Below, piece after piece: positions 55,631-64,000 of a DNA stretch of 64,000 bases (positions within the stretch are counted from its first letter, which is position 1; each line of letters starts with the position of its first letter). The notes below the pieces were generated by a model, which made no database searches, was not told where the DNA came from, and saw only the letters and a list, made by a program, of their open reading frames with translations. Location: contig DASUAL010000109.1 of the NCBI GenBank assembly GCA_035763805.1, positions 2,191-66,190 on the forward strand, given 5' to 3'. This DNA comes from Gemmatimonadales bacterium. Its GTDB lineage: Bacteria > Gemmatimonadota > Gemmatimonadetes > Gemmatimonadales > GWC2-71-9. The translations under genes and the position numbers were made by a program.

Positions 55631-57099
55631 TCCGGCCTCAGCATCGGGAACAGGATCACGTCGCGGATGTTCGTCTGGTCCGCGAGAATCATGAGCAGCC
55701 GATCGATGCCCATCCCCACCCCGCCGGTCGGCGGCATGCCGTACTCGAGCGCCCGCAGGAAGTCCTCGTCGAGCTGCTGCGCCTCTTCGTCGCCGGCGGC
55801 CCGCAGCCGCGCCTGCTGCTCGAACCGCCGGCGCTGCTCCTCAGGGTCGTTCAGCTCGCTGAAGGCGTTCGCGATCTCGCGCTTCTGGATGAAGAGCTCC
55901 CAGCGCTCCACCTTCGCGGGATCGTCCCGCTTGAGCTTCGCCAGCGGCGACAGCGCGACGGGATAATCGAGCACGAAGGTGGGCTGCACCAGGGTCGGCT
56001 CGACGTAGGTCTTGAACACTTCGTCCACGAGCTTCGCCCCCGCCAGCGTGTCCACCTCGGCCACGTCCTTGCGCTTCAGCGCCGCGCGCAGCTCTACGTC
56101 CGTGGCGCGCGCGAGATCGAGCCCCGCCGTCTCGCGCACCAGCGTGTAGTAGTCCTTACGCGCGAACGGCGGCTCGAACAACAGCGTCGCGCCGTGTCGC
56201 TCGAGCGTCGTCGTCCCGAACAGCTCCCGCACCATCGCGGTGACGAGCTCCTCGGTGAGCTGGAGCATGACGTGATAGTCGGCATAGGCTTCATACCACT
56301 CGGCCATCGTGAACTCGGGGTTGTGAAAGCGTGACATCCCCTCGTTCCGGAAGTCGTGCCCGATCTCGTAGACCTTCTCGAGCCCCCCCACGATGCAGCG
56401 CTTCAGATACAGCTCGTCCGCGATGCGGAGGTAGAACGTCGCGTCCAGCGCCTCGTAGTGCGTCTTGAACGGCCGCGCCGTGGCGCCGCCGTACAAGGGC
56501 TGCAGCACCGGCGTCTCGACCTCCAGGTAGCCGCGCGCGTCGAGGAACTTGCGGACGTAGCTCACGGCCCGCGCCCGCAGCCGGAAGATGTCCCGCACCT
56601 CGGGGTGCACGGCGAGATCCGCGTAGCGCTGGCGGGCCCGCAGCTCGGGGTCCGACAGCTCGCCGTGCCGCACACCTTGCGCGTCCTCCTTGCCGAGCGG
56701 CAGCGGTCGGAGCGACTTCGCAAGCAGGGTGAGCCGCTGCACTCGCACGGTGACCTCGCCGGTCTTGGTGCGAAACAACGGCCCCTCGACACCGACCACG
56801 TCCCCCAGATCGAGCAGCTTCACCACTTCGTACTGCTCGGCCTCGAGGGCGTCGATCTTGAAGTAGACCTGGATCTTGCCGCTCGCGTCCTCGAGATGGG
56901 CGAACGTGGTCTTTCCCATCGGACGGAGCAGGATGAGCCGCCCCGCGAGCCGGTGCACGGTCGCGTCGCCCTCGCGAAATCCCTCGAGCGCCGCCCGGGC
57001 AGTCCCCGTGCGGTTGAACCGGTAGGCGAACGGCGCGACGCCGCGCTTGACCAGCTCGGCGAGCTTCTCGCGCCGGGCCACCTCGACGAAGCTCGTCAC
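55627..57099 (-). CDS. lysS: Lysine--tRNA ligase (class II)
   Basis: GTG 57099 overlaps the prfB TGA. OB-fold N-domain and class II motifs (FRNEG; [10 protein letters not shown]). Classical prfB-lysS pairing. Confidence 0.93.
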   Translation of the reverse strand: MTSFVEVARREKLAELVKRGVAPFAYRFNRTGTARAALEGFREGDATVHRLAGRLILLRPMGKTTFAHLEDASGKIQVYFKIDALEAEQYEVVKLLDLGDVVGVEGPLFRTKTGEVTVRVQRLTLLAKSLRPLPLGKEDAQGVRHGELSDPELRARQRYADLAVHPEVRDIFRLRARAVSYVRKFLDARGYLEVETPVLQPLYGGATARPFKTHYEALDATFYLRIADELYLKRCIVGGLEKVYEIGHDFRNEGMSRFHNPEFTMAEWYEAYADYHVMLQLTEELVTAMVRELFGTTTLERHGATLLFEPPFARKDYYTLVRETAGLDLARATDVELRAALKRKDVAEVDTLAGAKLVDEVFKTYVEPTLVQPTFVLDYPVALSPLAKLKRDDPAKVERWELFIQKREIANAFSELNDPEEQRRRFEQQARLRAAGDEEAQQLDEDFLRALEYGMPPTGGVGMGIDRLLMILADQTNIRDVILFPMLRPE

Positions 57100-58209
57100 G
57101 CCGCCTTGCTCCCGAAGCGCTTGAGATAGGCTTCGATGAAGGGATCGAGGTCCCCGTCCATCACCTTCTGGACATCCGACACCTTCAGCTCCGTGCGGTG
57201 GTCGTTCACCATGGTGTAGGGCTGAAAGACATACGAGCGAATCTGGTTTCCCCACGCGATGTCCGTCTTCTGTTTGTCCACCTCGGCCTTCTTGGCCTCG
57301 CGCTCCTCGACCGCCCGCTCGTACAGGCGCGCCTTCAACATCTTGAGCGCGGTCGCCTTGTTCTTGAACTGGCTGCGCTCCTGCTGACAGGAAACGACGA
57401 TGCCCGTCGGCAGGTGGGTGATTCGCACCGCGGAGGACGTCTTGTTGACGTGCTGCCCGCCCTTCCCGGAAGCGCGGAAGGTGTCGATGCGCAGGTCGTC
57501 GTCCCGGATCTCGATCTCGATGTCTTCGTCGACGACGGGATAGACGAACACCGACGCGAACGAGGTGTGTCGGCGCGACTGCGCGTCGAACGGCGAAATC
57601 CGCACCAGGCGGTGCACCCCCTTCTCGGCCTTGAGGAGGCCGTAGGCGTACCGCCCACTGATCTGGATCTCGGCGGACTTGATCCCCGCCTCTTCGCCCT
57701 CGAGCAGGTCGAGAACCTCGACCTTCAAGCCATGCCGCTCCGCCCAGCGGACGTACATCCGCATCAGCATCTCGGCCCAGTCCTGCGACTCCGTACCGCC
57801 CGCGCCCGGGTGAATGGTGAGCAGCGCGTCGCGCGCGTCGTCGGGGCCCTGAAGCATGTTCTGCAGCTCGAGCGCCTCGAGCTGCGCGGCGACGCCGTCC
57901 GCCTCCTGCTCGAGCTGACGCTGCAGAGCGAGATCCACGCCGGGCTCGGATTCGACCAGCTCGTTGAGTTCGCGCCCTTCGTCCACACGCTGCCGCAGCG
58001 CGTGGTAAGGCTCGAGCCAGCGCTTGAGGGCCTTCACTTCCTCAACCACCTGGCGTGCCTTCTCTTGGTCCGCCCAGATGGCGCCCTCCGCCATGGCGTG
58101 CTCGAGCTCGCCCAGCCGCCGCGTCTTCCCCTCTACGTCAAAGGAAGCCTCGGAGCTCGGTGAGACGACGCTCAAAATCCTTGAAACGTTCAGTCAGGCC
58201 CACGGTCAT
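57096..58209 (-). CDS. prfB: Peptide chain release factor 2, expressed via programmed +1 frameshift
   Basis: ATG 58209 encodes [23 protein letters not shown], then in-frame TGA (58140-58138). After a +1 shift on CTT TGA C, reading continues [13 protein letters not shown]... to 57096. SPF-equivalent and GGQ ([10 protein letters not shown]) motifs are present. Confidence 0.92.
58137..58143 (-). other. RF2 autoregulatory +1 frameshift site CTT TGA C
   Basis: The reverse strand reads ...CGA GGC TTC CTT TGA CGT AGA GGG. This is the canonical slippery CUU-UGA-C with an upstream GAGG (SD-like). Confidence 0.9.
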
Positions 58210-58215
58210 TCGCCT

Positions 58216-59118
58216 CTAGAAAGCCTTGTTGCCTCCGGCGAGGATCTCGTTCAGCGCCTCGGTCCAGAAGGGCGTGCTCTTCGCCATGTCGGTGCCCACC
58301 TGCTCCACGTACTCCTGCCAGCTCTTCTCGATCTCGTCCTTGAAGAGCTGCGGCAGGGTGCCGTCCCGCAGCCCTTGCTGGCGCTTCTCCGGATGATACA
58401 CAACGAGGTCCGAAACGAGCGCGCGCGCCAAGCGGCGGGCTTTCTGCTTCGGGTCCTGCACCATGAACGGATTCACGGGGCGCAATGGTCCCGTCATGCG
58501 CTGCCCCGGAGCCGGAATGCCGACGGCCGGCGACGCCGCCGGTTGCGCCGCGATGACGGGCGGCTGGACCGGCGGTCCGGCCGCGGGACGCGCCGCCGGG
58601 GCCGCAGCAGGCGCGGGAGGCGCGGGAGGCGCGGGCGCCAGGCGCGCGGCAGGCGCGACCGGCGCGGCGGGACGCATCACCGGTGCGGCCGGCGGCGCAG
58701 CGGGCCGCGGCCCCGGAGCCACGGGACGAGCCGGCGGGGCCGGTACCGCTCGCGCCGGTGCGGCGGGCTGGGCGGGTGCCGTACGGACGGCGGGCGCCGC
58801 AGGCGCCGGTGGCTGGAGCGCCGCCGGCGGAACGGGAGCCGCGACGGGGCCGGGGCCGGAGAAGCGCGGCGTGCCTGGTGGCCGGGGCGCGGGGCTCGTC
58901 GGGGCTGGTGCCGGCGGAGTGCCGCCACCCCCAGCGAGGGCGCTCCCCGCAGCGACAGGCGCCCGCCGGGCCGCCGCGGGCGGCGGGAGCGGCGTCTCGG
59001 CGGTAGTCACCGGGAACACGTTGCTGCACACGGCGCAGCGTGCGCGCACCCCACCCGCCGGGACCTTGGCAGGATCCACGCGGTACACGGTCTCGCACGA
59101 CGGACAGGTGACGTTCAC
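58216..59118 (-). CDS. MJ0042-type zinc-ribbon protein with long Pro/Ala-rich linker and conserved C-terminal domain
   Basis: MNVTCPSCETVYRV...ARCAVCSNVF zinc ribbon, about 180 aa of P/A low complexity, and a C-terminal ARRLARALVSDLVVYHPEK...FWTEALNEIL domain. Confidence 0.7.
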   Translation of the reverse strand: MNVTCPSCETVYRVDPAKVPAGGVRARCAVCSNVFPVTTAETPLPPPAAARRAPVAAGSALAGGGGTPPAPAPTSPAPRPPGTPRFSGPGPVAAPVPPAALQPPAPAAPAVRTAPAQPAAPARAVPAPPARPVAPGPRPAAPPAAPVMRPAAPVAPAARLAPAPPAPPAPAAAPAARPAAGPPVQPPVIAAQPAASPAVGIPAPGQRMTGPLRPVNPFMVQDPKQKARRLARALVSDLVVYHPEKRQQGLRDGTLPQLFKDEIEKSWQEYVEQVGTDMAKSTPFWTEALNEILAGGNKAF

Positions 59119-59136
59119 GCTGCGTTCCCCACGCTG

Positions 59137-60102
59137 CTATCTCGCGCCGTCCTCGGCCAGCGCGGGATCGTGACGGCGATCGACCACGAACACCGACCCC
59201 GGCTGAGTCTTGGCATAACTCTTCATTTCCGTCGCCAGCTCGCTCACCTGCGCCGGATGGGCGAACCGGCGATACTGGTTCGTGACAATCCCGATCGAGA
59301 GCGTCATCAGCGGCACCCGGTGCAACTGGCCGCGGCGGTCCTTGCCGAAGTAGTAGCCCGCCCGCCGGTCCTGCTCGTTGTACTGGTACGGGATGATCGT
59401 ATCGAACACCTCCAGCACTTCGCTACACACGTCGCTGATCGCGTCGAACGGGACGACGAAGATGAAGTCGTCCCCTCCGATGTGTCCCACGAACCCCCGG
59501 TTGCCAAGCAGCCCCTTCACCACGTCGTGCAGGATGCGGGACACGATGTAAATGACGCGATCGCCGTCATTGTAGCTGTAGCGGTCATTATACTCCTTGA
59601 AGTGATCGAGGTCGGCGTAGCACACCGCGAACAGCTCGCCGTTTTCCATGCGCCGACGGATCTCCCGCTCGATCTCCGTTGTGCCCGGCAGCCGAGTGGA
59701 GGGGTTGACCGCCACGTCCCGTTGCGTGCGCGTCATCAGGCCGTCCAGCCGGCTCGCCTGCTCCTGCGGTTCGAACAGGGGGGTGATCACCTCGTCCGCC
59801 CCGGCGGCGAACCACCGCTGCACCCCCTCCGTCGCATGCCGACTCGCCAGGACCGCCAGCGGCACAATGGCCGAATACGAATCGGCCTTGAGCCGGGTAC
59901 ACAGCTCGAACCCCTGCGGTCCGCCGTCGGCGTCGATCACGACGAGCCGCGGCAACGAGCGCAGCACCATCTGTTCGAGCTCGCCGGGATCGGGCACCGG
60001 GACGATCGTCAGCCCCTTACCGTCGACCCAGCGCACTAGAAAGTCAGGTACCGCACGACCAGTTGGCGAAAAAAACAGAATCGTCGGGCGCGGATCCCGC
60101 AC
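59137..60102 (-). CDS. Degenerate receiver domain fused to a GGDEF-family domain with GGDDF motif
   Basis: REC-like N-terminus (LVVIDAD) lacking the N-terminal acidic pair and the conserved Lys. GGDEF fold (DLDHFKEYND...GD...GHIGGDDFIFVV). GGDDF is encoded at 59464-59478. No RxxD I-site 5 residues upstream. Confidence 0.75.
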   Translation of the reverse strand: MRDPRPTILFFSPTGRAVPDFLVRWVDGKGLTIVPVPDPGELEQMVLRSLPRLVVIDADGGPQGFELCTRLKADSYSAIVPLAVLASRHATEGVQRWFAAGADEVITPLFEPQEQASRLDGLMTRTQRDVAVNPSTRLPGTTEIEREIRRRMENGELFAVCYADLDHFKEYNDRYSYNDGDRVIYIVSRILHDVVKGLLGNRGFVGHIGGDDFIFVVPFDAISDVCSEVLEVFDTIIPYQYNEQDRRAGYYFGKDRRGQLHRVPLMTLSIGIVTNQYRRFAHPAQVSELATEMKSYAKTQPGSVFVVDRRHDPALAEDGAR

Positions 60103-60193
60103 CTGGCTCCTCGCGTAAGGGTCGATCAGACTTAAACTTAGACCGCTTACCCTCGCGTGTCAAACAAACCGGACAGCGATGACGATGTGGGCG

Positions 60194-61003
60194 TTAGAAC
60201 TCCAGGGAGAGGCGCACCTCGGGCGTGGGGCCGACCGTGGTCTGGAGGGCGGCGCGGCGGCCGGCGGCCGCCGAGAGCCGGCTCGAGATCAGCGCGTCCA
60301 CGGCGCTTACGACGTGGTTCGCGAGCAGCACGCCGAGCATGTTCTGGACGCGGCGGAACGCGGTGTCGCTCTTGCGAATGCTCTCGCGGAACACGCCGTG
60401 CTCGAGCGACGCGTCGCGCCACGTCCACTGGAAGTTGGGTCCGACCGCGTGGTCTTGGTAGAAGCGCACGGCGCGCAGATATTCAGGCGAGCCCGGGTCG
60501 GGCGGCAGGTCGGGATCCGACCAGAAGGTGCGCCGCGCGAGCAACCAGACCGAGCCGTTGTACGTCGCGGCATCGATCTCGGGCAGGAGCGCGGGGCCGG
60601 GGTCGCGGTCGTACAGCCCGCTCTCGCTGAAGCGCTCCATCGTCTCGAAGTACTCGAACACGGTGTCGCGCCGCACCGGAGAGAACGCCCGCCGCGCGAC
60701 GTCGAAGGCGAGGTCGCGGTAGCGGTCCCCCTCGCGGCGTCCCTCGTCGTTCAACTGGAGGATGCGGACCAGGGAGTACACCTCGACCGCGACGTAGGCG
60801 GCGCCGCGCTCCTGGCCGGCGAGGAGCTGCCCGGAGCCGGGGACAAGGAGCGAGGCCGCGGGTCGCACCCAGACGCTGAGGCGCGGCGCGGGTGCGGGAG
60901 GGGGTGAAGATGCGGAATCCGTTTCCTGGGCCGTGCCCTGTCGCGGCGCGGCCAGCGCCGCGACGGCGAGAGCGGCAACCAGCGCCCGGCGTCCGCCCCG
61001 CAC
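60194..61003 (-). CDS. Secreted/membrane-associated protein of unknown function (PGSGQ motif, DUF5683-like)
   Basis: Signal peptide MRGGRRALVAALAVAALAAP...AQE, then SLLVPGSGQLLAGQ...AYVAVEVYSL, reminiscent of DUF5683. No confident family call. Confidence 0.5.
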   Translation of the reverse strand: MRGGRRALVAALAVAALAAPRQGTAQETDSASSPPPAPAPRLSVWVRPAASLLVPGSGQLLAGQERGAAYVAVEVYSLVRILQLNDEGRREGDRYRDLAFDVARRAFSPVRRDTVFEYFETMERFSESGLYDRDPGPALLPEIDAATYNGSVWLLARRTFWSDPDLPPDPGSPEYLRAVRFYQDHAVGPNFQWTWRDASLEHGVFRESIRKSDTAFRRVQNMLGVLLANHVVSAVDALISSRLSAAAGRRAALQTTVGPTPEVRLSLEF

Positions 61004-61005
61004 TC

Positions 61006-62034
61006 TCAGAACACCACGCGAAACGCGAAAAAGGTGGGGTGCTGCGTCACAAGGTCGGAGCCGGTGAGGAACGTGCGCGCCAGATCCACCCCGATCGACC
61101 CGCTCGTCACGCCCATCCCGACGCTCGGTCCGGAGATGCCGTCGCGCACGAACGCGTAGCCGCCGCGCAGCCGCACCAGGCGCTGATAGCCGAGGTCAAA
61201 GCCCACGCGCATCTCGGAGCTGCCGTAGGCTCCCCAGGGGCTGTCCACGTCGGCCGCGACGCGCACGTCCAGCCGCTCGGTCGCGCCCGCACCGATTGCG
61301 CCCGGCAGCGTCACCCGGTAGGTCGCACCCACCAGGAGGCGCGCGGGGAGCGCGTCGGCCTGGTCCCGGTTATTCACCTGCAGCTTGAAGCCGACGTTCC
61401 GCACCGCGATCCCGACGCGCAACGCCCGCGCCGGCCCGACGGCCACCTGGCCGCCCACGTCGAGTGCGTGGGTCACCCCCTGCCCCTTCGGGAGGTCGCG
61501 ACAATCGCCGGAGCAATCGACTACGAACTCGATGAGCTTGTAATTGATGCCGAGCGTCACGGAGCCGGCCAGCGCTGTCGCGTACGACGCCAGGAACTCG
61601 AGGTTGCGTGGTGCGATGCGCGCGATCGTGTTGCCCCCGTCGTCGGTTCGGTCGAGGTCGCCGTAATCGACGAGGTAGACCGAGCCGCCCAGCACCCCGA
61701 AGCCGTGCGCGGCGAAGTAGGCCGTGAGCGCGTGCGTCGTGCCGGCCACGAGGGTGGCGCTGTTCAGCGCGACCTCGCTCTGTTCCATGGTCGCGAGGCC
61801 CGCCGGATTCCAGAACGCGGCCTCGCCGCGCCCCTCGAGCGCCGCCGCCGTCTGTCCCATCGCGACGGCCTGGGCGCCGACCGGAAACAACAAGAAGAGC
61901 GCGCCGGAGTTATTGGCGGGTTCTTGGGCGGATAGGCGGATAGGCGGATAGGCAGATAGCAGCAGCGCGAACGAGAGTATCTGTCCGCCTAACCGCCTGT
62001 TCGCCTGACCGCCCTTAGAAGTGCTTCGCCTCAT
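61006..62034 (-). CDS. PorV/PorQ-like (UPF0164-type) outer-membrane beta-barrel
   Basis: Predicted signal peptide ending LSA-QEP. The mature N-terminus [38 protein letters not shown] matches the family signature (GARA-AMG...WNPAGL). Beta-strand-rich; ends in aromatic FRVVF. Confidence 0.7.
   Translation of the reverse strand: MRRSTSKGGQANRRLGGQILSFALLLSAYPPIRLSAQEPANNSGALFLLFPVGAQAVAMGQTAAALEGRGEAAFWNPAGLATMEQSEVALNSATLVAGTTHALTAYFAAHGFGVLGGSVYLVDYGDLDRTDDGGNTIARIAPRNLEFLASYATALAGSVTLGINYKLIEFVVDCSGDCRDLPKGQGVTHALDVGGQVAVGPARALRVGIAVRNVGFKLQVNNRDQADALPARLLVGATYRVTLPGAIGAGATERLDVRVAADVDSPWGAYGSSEMRVGFDLGYQRLVRLRGGYAFVRDGISGPSVGMGVTSGSIGVDLARTFLTGSDLVTQHPTFFAFRVVF
61924..62008. repeat. Inverted arrays of 8-nt tandem repeats forming a ~30-bp imperfect hairpin
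   Basis: 61927-61958 is GGCGGATA x3 plus GGCAGATA. 61984-62013 is TCCGCC-TAACCGCC-TGTTCGCC-TGACCGCC, degenerate reverse-complement units preceded by a TATCTG junction. Hand pairing from 61924 to 62008 shows few mismatches. Lies within the signal-peptide codons of the PorV-like gene. Confidence 0.8.
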
Positions 62035-62185
62035 CGATCAGCATGATGGGGATGTCGTCTTCGACCGCGTAGATGAGGCGGCACGACTGGCAGACCAGCT
62101 CTTCCTGCGGCTCGGTGCGGTACTGAAGCGGTCCCTTGCACTTGGGGCACACGAGAATCTCGAGCAGGTCGGGCGCGAGGCTCAT
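62015..62185 (-). CDS. Trm112-family small zinc-finger protein
   Basis: ATG 62185 overlaps the era [23 protein letters not shown]...[24 protein letters not shown]. Confidence 0.85.
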   Translation of the reverse strand: MSLAPDLLEILVCPKCKGPLQYRTEPQEELVCQSCRLIYAVEDDIPIMLIDEAKHF

Positions 62186-63039
62186 GGGGCGTATCCCAGA
62201 CGCTTGAGCGACGGTTCGTGGCGCCGCCACTTCGGCAACACCTTGACATGGAGTTCCAGAAAGACGCGCTGGCCGAGCATCGCTTCGATCTTCGCGCGGG
62301 CGGCCTGGCCGAGCGCCTTGATCGTGCGTCCCGCCTGCCCGATCACGATTCCCTTCTGGCTGGCGCGCTCGACGTAGACCACTGCCCGAATATACACCGG
62401 CTCCGCGGTCTCCCGGAACTCGTCGATCTCGACGGCGACACTGTAGGGCAGCTCCTGGTGCAGCAGCTCGAACGCGGCCTCGCGGATGAATTCGGCCGCG
62501 AAGAACCGGGTCGGCTGGGTGGCCAGCTCCTCCGGGTCGTAGTGGAAGGGGCTCTCGGGGAGGTGGGCACGCAGCGCGGCGAGCAGGGTGTCGAGGCCGA
62601 CACCGGTGAGCGCGGAGACCGCGACGATATCGGGCGGTAAGGGGCGGTAGGAGGCGGTAAGGGGCGGTAAGTCGGCTTTCGTGTAGACGGTGATCATCGG
62701 CGCGCGCGGGGGGCGATCGAGCCGTGCCACCTGCGCGAGCGGCGGCGCCGGGAATTCGCCGAGCGGGTGCAGGTAGGCGATCACGTCCGCGTGCTCGAGG
62801 GCGCGGAGCGCGTGGGCCCGCATGGTCTCGTGCAGCTTGTATTCGGGGTCCAGCAACCCCGGGGAGTCGGTGAAGATGAACTGAGCGTCGTTTCGGGTAA
62901 GCAGCCCCACGACCGGCAGCCGCGTGGACTGGGGCTTGGGCGAGACGATGGCCAGATGCTGGCCAACCAGGGCGTTCAGCAGGGTGGACTTGCCGACGTT
63001 GGGACGGCCGGCGAGCACGACAGTGCCGCAGCGGGTCAT
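62182..63039 (-). CDS. era: GTPase Era
   Basis: G1 [10 protein letters not shown]3 DSPG, G4 TKAD, and a C-terminal KH domain ([17 protein letters not shown]). Confidence 0.93.
   Translation of the reverse strand: MTRCGTVVLAGRPNVGKSTLLNALVGQHLAIVSPKPQSTRLPVVGLLTRNDAQFIFTDSPGLLDPEYKLHETMRAHALRALEHADVIAYLHPLGEFPAPPLAQVARLDRPPRAPMITVYTKADLPPLTASYRPLPPDIVAVSALTGVGLDTLLAALRAHLPESPFHYDPEELATQPTRFFAAEFIREAAFELLHQELPYSVAVEIDEFRETAEPVYIRAVVYVERASQKGIVIGQAGRTIKALGQAARAKIEAMLGQRVFLELHVKVLPKWRRHEPSLKRLGYAP
62633..62672. repeat. Four tandem 10-nt units inside era
   Basis: GGCGGTAAGG GGCGGTAGGA GGCGGTAAGG GGCGGTAAGT on the + strand. Encodes [13 protein letters not shown] of Era just after the G4 motif. 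Confidence 0.85.
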
Positions 63040-63776
63040 GCCGTCATCGGCTCCTTCAGGTGCACCGGCGCCGCGGCCCTCTTCGCCACGCGCAGGTTCA
63101 GGACCTCGACGAACACCGAGAAACCCATCGCGAAATAGACGTAGCCTTTGGGGACGTGCTGGCCCAGACCGTCGGCGAGGAGCGTCACACCGATGAGCAG
63201 CAGGAACGAGAGGGCGAGCATCTTCACCGTCGGATGCCGGTGGACGAAGCCGCTGATCGTTCCGGCGGCGAGGAGCATCACGCCGACGGCGACGACGATG
63301 GCCGTGACCATCACGCCGATCTGCGTCGCCATGCCCACGGCGGTGATCACCGAGTCGAGCGAGAAGACGATGTCGAGCAGCCCGATCTGGACGATGACGC
63401 TGCCGAACGTGGCCTGCCCCGCGACGTTCTGCCGTCCCTCCTGGCCCTCGAGGTTGTCGTGGATCTCGCGCGTGCTCTTCCAGATGAGGAACAGTCCGCC
63501 CAGGAGCAGGATCAGGTCGCGCCCGGAGACGACGTGCCCGAGCACCGCGAACAGCGGGCGGGTGAGCCGCATGATCGAGGTGATGGACACGAGCAGCAGG
63601 ATGCGGAGAAACATGGCGAGGGTGAGCCCAAGCGTGCGGGCGCGCCGCTGCTGCCCGGCGGGCAGCTTCCCCGCCAGGATCGAGATGAAGACGACGTTGT
63701 CGATGCCGAGCACGATCTCGAGCACCGTGAGGGTGACGAGCGCGATCCAGGCTTCAGGCGAGGTGAGCCAGTCCAT
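63036..63776 (-). CDS. terC: TerC-family integral membrane protein
   Basis: ATG 63776 ([33 protein letters not shown]). Track start 63962 runs through a noncoding repeat array. Confidence 0.88.
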   Translation of the reverse strand: MDWLTSPEAWIALVTLTVLEIVLGIDNVVFISILAGKLPAGQQRRARTLGLTLAMFLRILLLVSITSIMRLTRPLFAVLGHVVSGRDLILLLGGLFLIWKSTREIHDNLEGQEGRQNVAGQATFGSVIVQIGLLDIVFSLDSVITAVGMATQIGVMVTAIVVAVGVMLLAAGTISGFVHRHPTVKMLALSFLLLIGVTLLADGLGQHVPKGYVYFAMGFSVFVEVLNLRVAKRAAAPVHLKEPMTA

Positions 63777-63810
63777 GCGTCGAGTGCCGGCTGAGGGTCG
63801 GGGGAAGATA

Positions 63811-63838
63811 ATTGCGGATTGCGGATTGCGGATTGCGG
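63811..63838. repeat. Heptamer tandem array (ATTGCGG) x4
   Basis: Four perfect units followed by AATTGG. Lies 35-62 nt upstream of the terC start, in the 127-bp divergent spacer. Confidence 0.9.
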
Positions 63839-63903
63839 AATTGGTTGGAGGAAGCTGCCGTGTAGCCCTTCTCCCTTCCCCCCGATGGGCGTAACGTAGG
63901 GGC

Positions 63904-64000
63904 ATGCAAGCCGCGCCTATCCGGATCACGCTCCGGCTCATCGTCGCGCTGATCGTCGTCATCGCCGCGGTGGCGTACCTCTCGGCCTACTTCCAGGTGG
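63904..64000 (+). CDS. N-terminal fragment of a membrane-anchored protein; the gene continues past the window end
   Basis: My own translation from ATG 63904: MQAAPIRITLRLIVALIVVIAAVAYLSAYFQV, a basic N-terminus followed by a TM helix. Too short for the ORF track. Confidence 0.35.
   Translation, partial: MQAAPIRITLRLIVALIVVIAAVAYLSAYFQV

Noticed and set aside
58024-60039. 671-aa + strand ORF, with similar long + strand ORFs at 37765-39834 and 49705-52146
   Set aside because: These are antisense to the zinc-ribbon and GGDEF genes, gdh and clpC respectively. They are extremely Arg-rich and have no domain signatures, so I treat them as shadow ORFs.
62633-62672. G-quadruplex potential of the GGGG-containing decamer array on the + strand
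   Set aside because: Runs of three or more G are separated by up to 16 nt, so a canonical G3+N1-7 quadruplex motif is not met.
63777-63903. Expected yybP-ykoY (Mn) riboswitch upstream of the TerC-family gene
   Set aside because: Reading the reverse strand, I could not find the conserved GGGGAGUAG or paired 3' motifs. This needs a covariance-model scan, so I make no claim.

Overview
Visibly high-GC bacterial chromosomal window (GC not computed), densely packed with housekeeping and cell-envelope genes. The gene content fits a diderm of the FCB group, possibly Gemmatimonadota-like: LpxC-FabZ fusion, PorV-like outer-membrane barrel, BshC, McsA/McsB/ClpC. This taxonomic guess is inference only.

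Layout:
- Every CDS from 203 to 17812 is on the + strand: trpG, kdsB-pyrG-kdsA-kdsC-kdsD-lptC-lptA-lptB-rpoN, a six-gene glycosylation cluster, dapF.
- Every CDS from 17886 to 63776 is on the - strand, about 46 kb with almost no spacers. It holds YfgM-like, tRNA-Arg, apt, acyP, pcm, surE, gpsA, plsY, der, two TPR paralogs flanking tRNA-Gly, larC, thrC, uvrC, murJ, bshC, rlmH, gdh, a full lipid A cluster, skp, bamA, clpC-mcsB-mcsA, lolDC, lysS, prfB, a GGDEF-type regulator, a PorV-like OMP, trm112, era and terC.
- The two blocks converge on a 73-bp AT-rich spacer carrying a 28-bp XerC/D dif-like site, so the window probably spans the replication terminus.

I found no mobile element, CRISPR array, prophage, toxin-antitoxin pair or recognisable defence island, and no multi-gene cluster I can defend as a wholly new system. 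The signals worth a second look are small-scale or architectural:
- the dif-like site at the strand switch
- a tRNA-Gly whose 3' end lies 3 nt from the next start codon
- related 7-, 8- and 10-nt tandem repeat arrays, one forming a long hairpin inside an OMP signal-peptide coding region
- a structured 213-bp spacer inside the kds operon
- a ~150-aa N-terminal extension on LptB
- a YfhO/GtrB-type glycosylation module attached to the LPS-transport/rpoN operon
- clpC translationally coupled to bamA within a Lol-McsAB-ClpC-BamA-Skp-Lpx string
- a lipid A cluster with an oxidoreductase where LpxI often sits

Many ORF-track starts are over-extended. I re-set them to conserved N-termini, most of which coincide with GTGA/ATGA stop-start overlaps.
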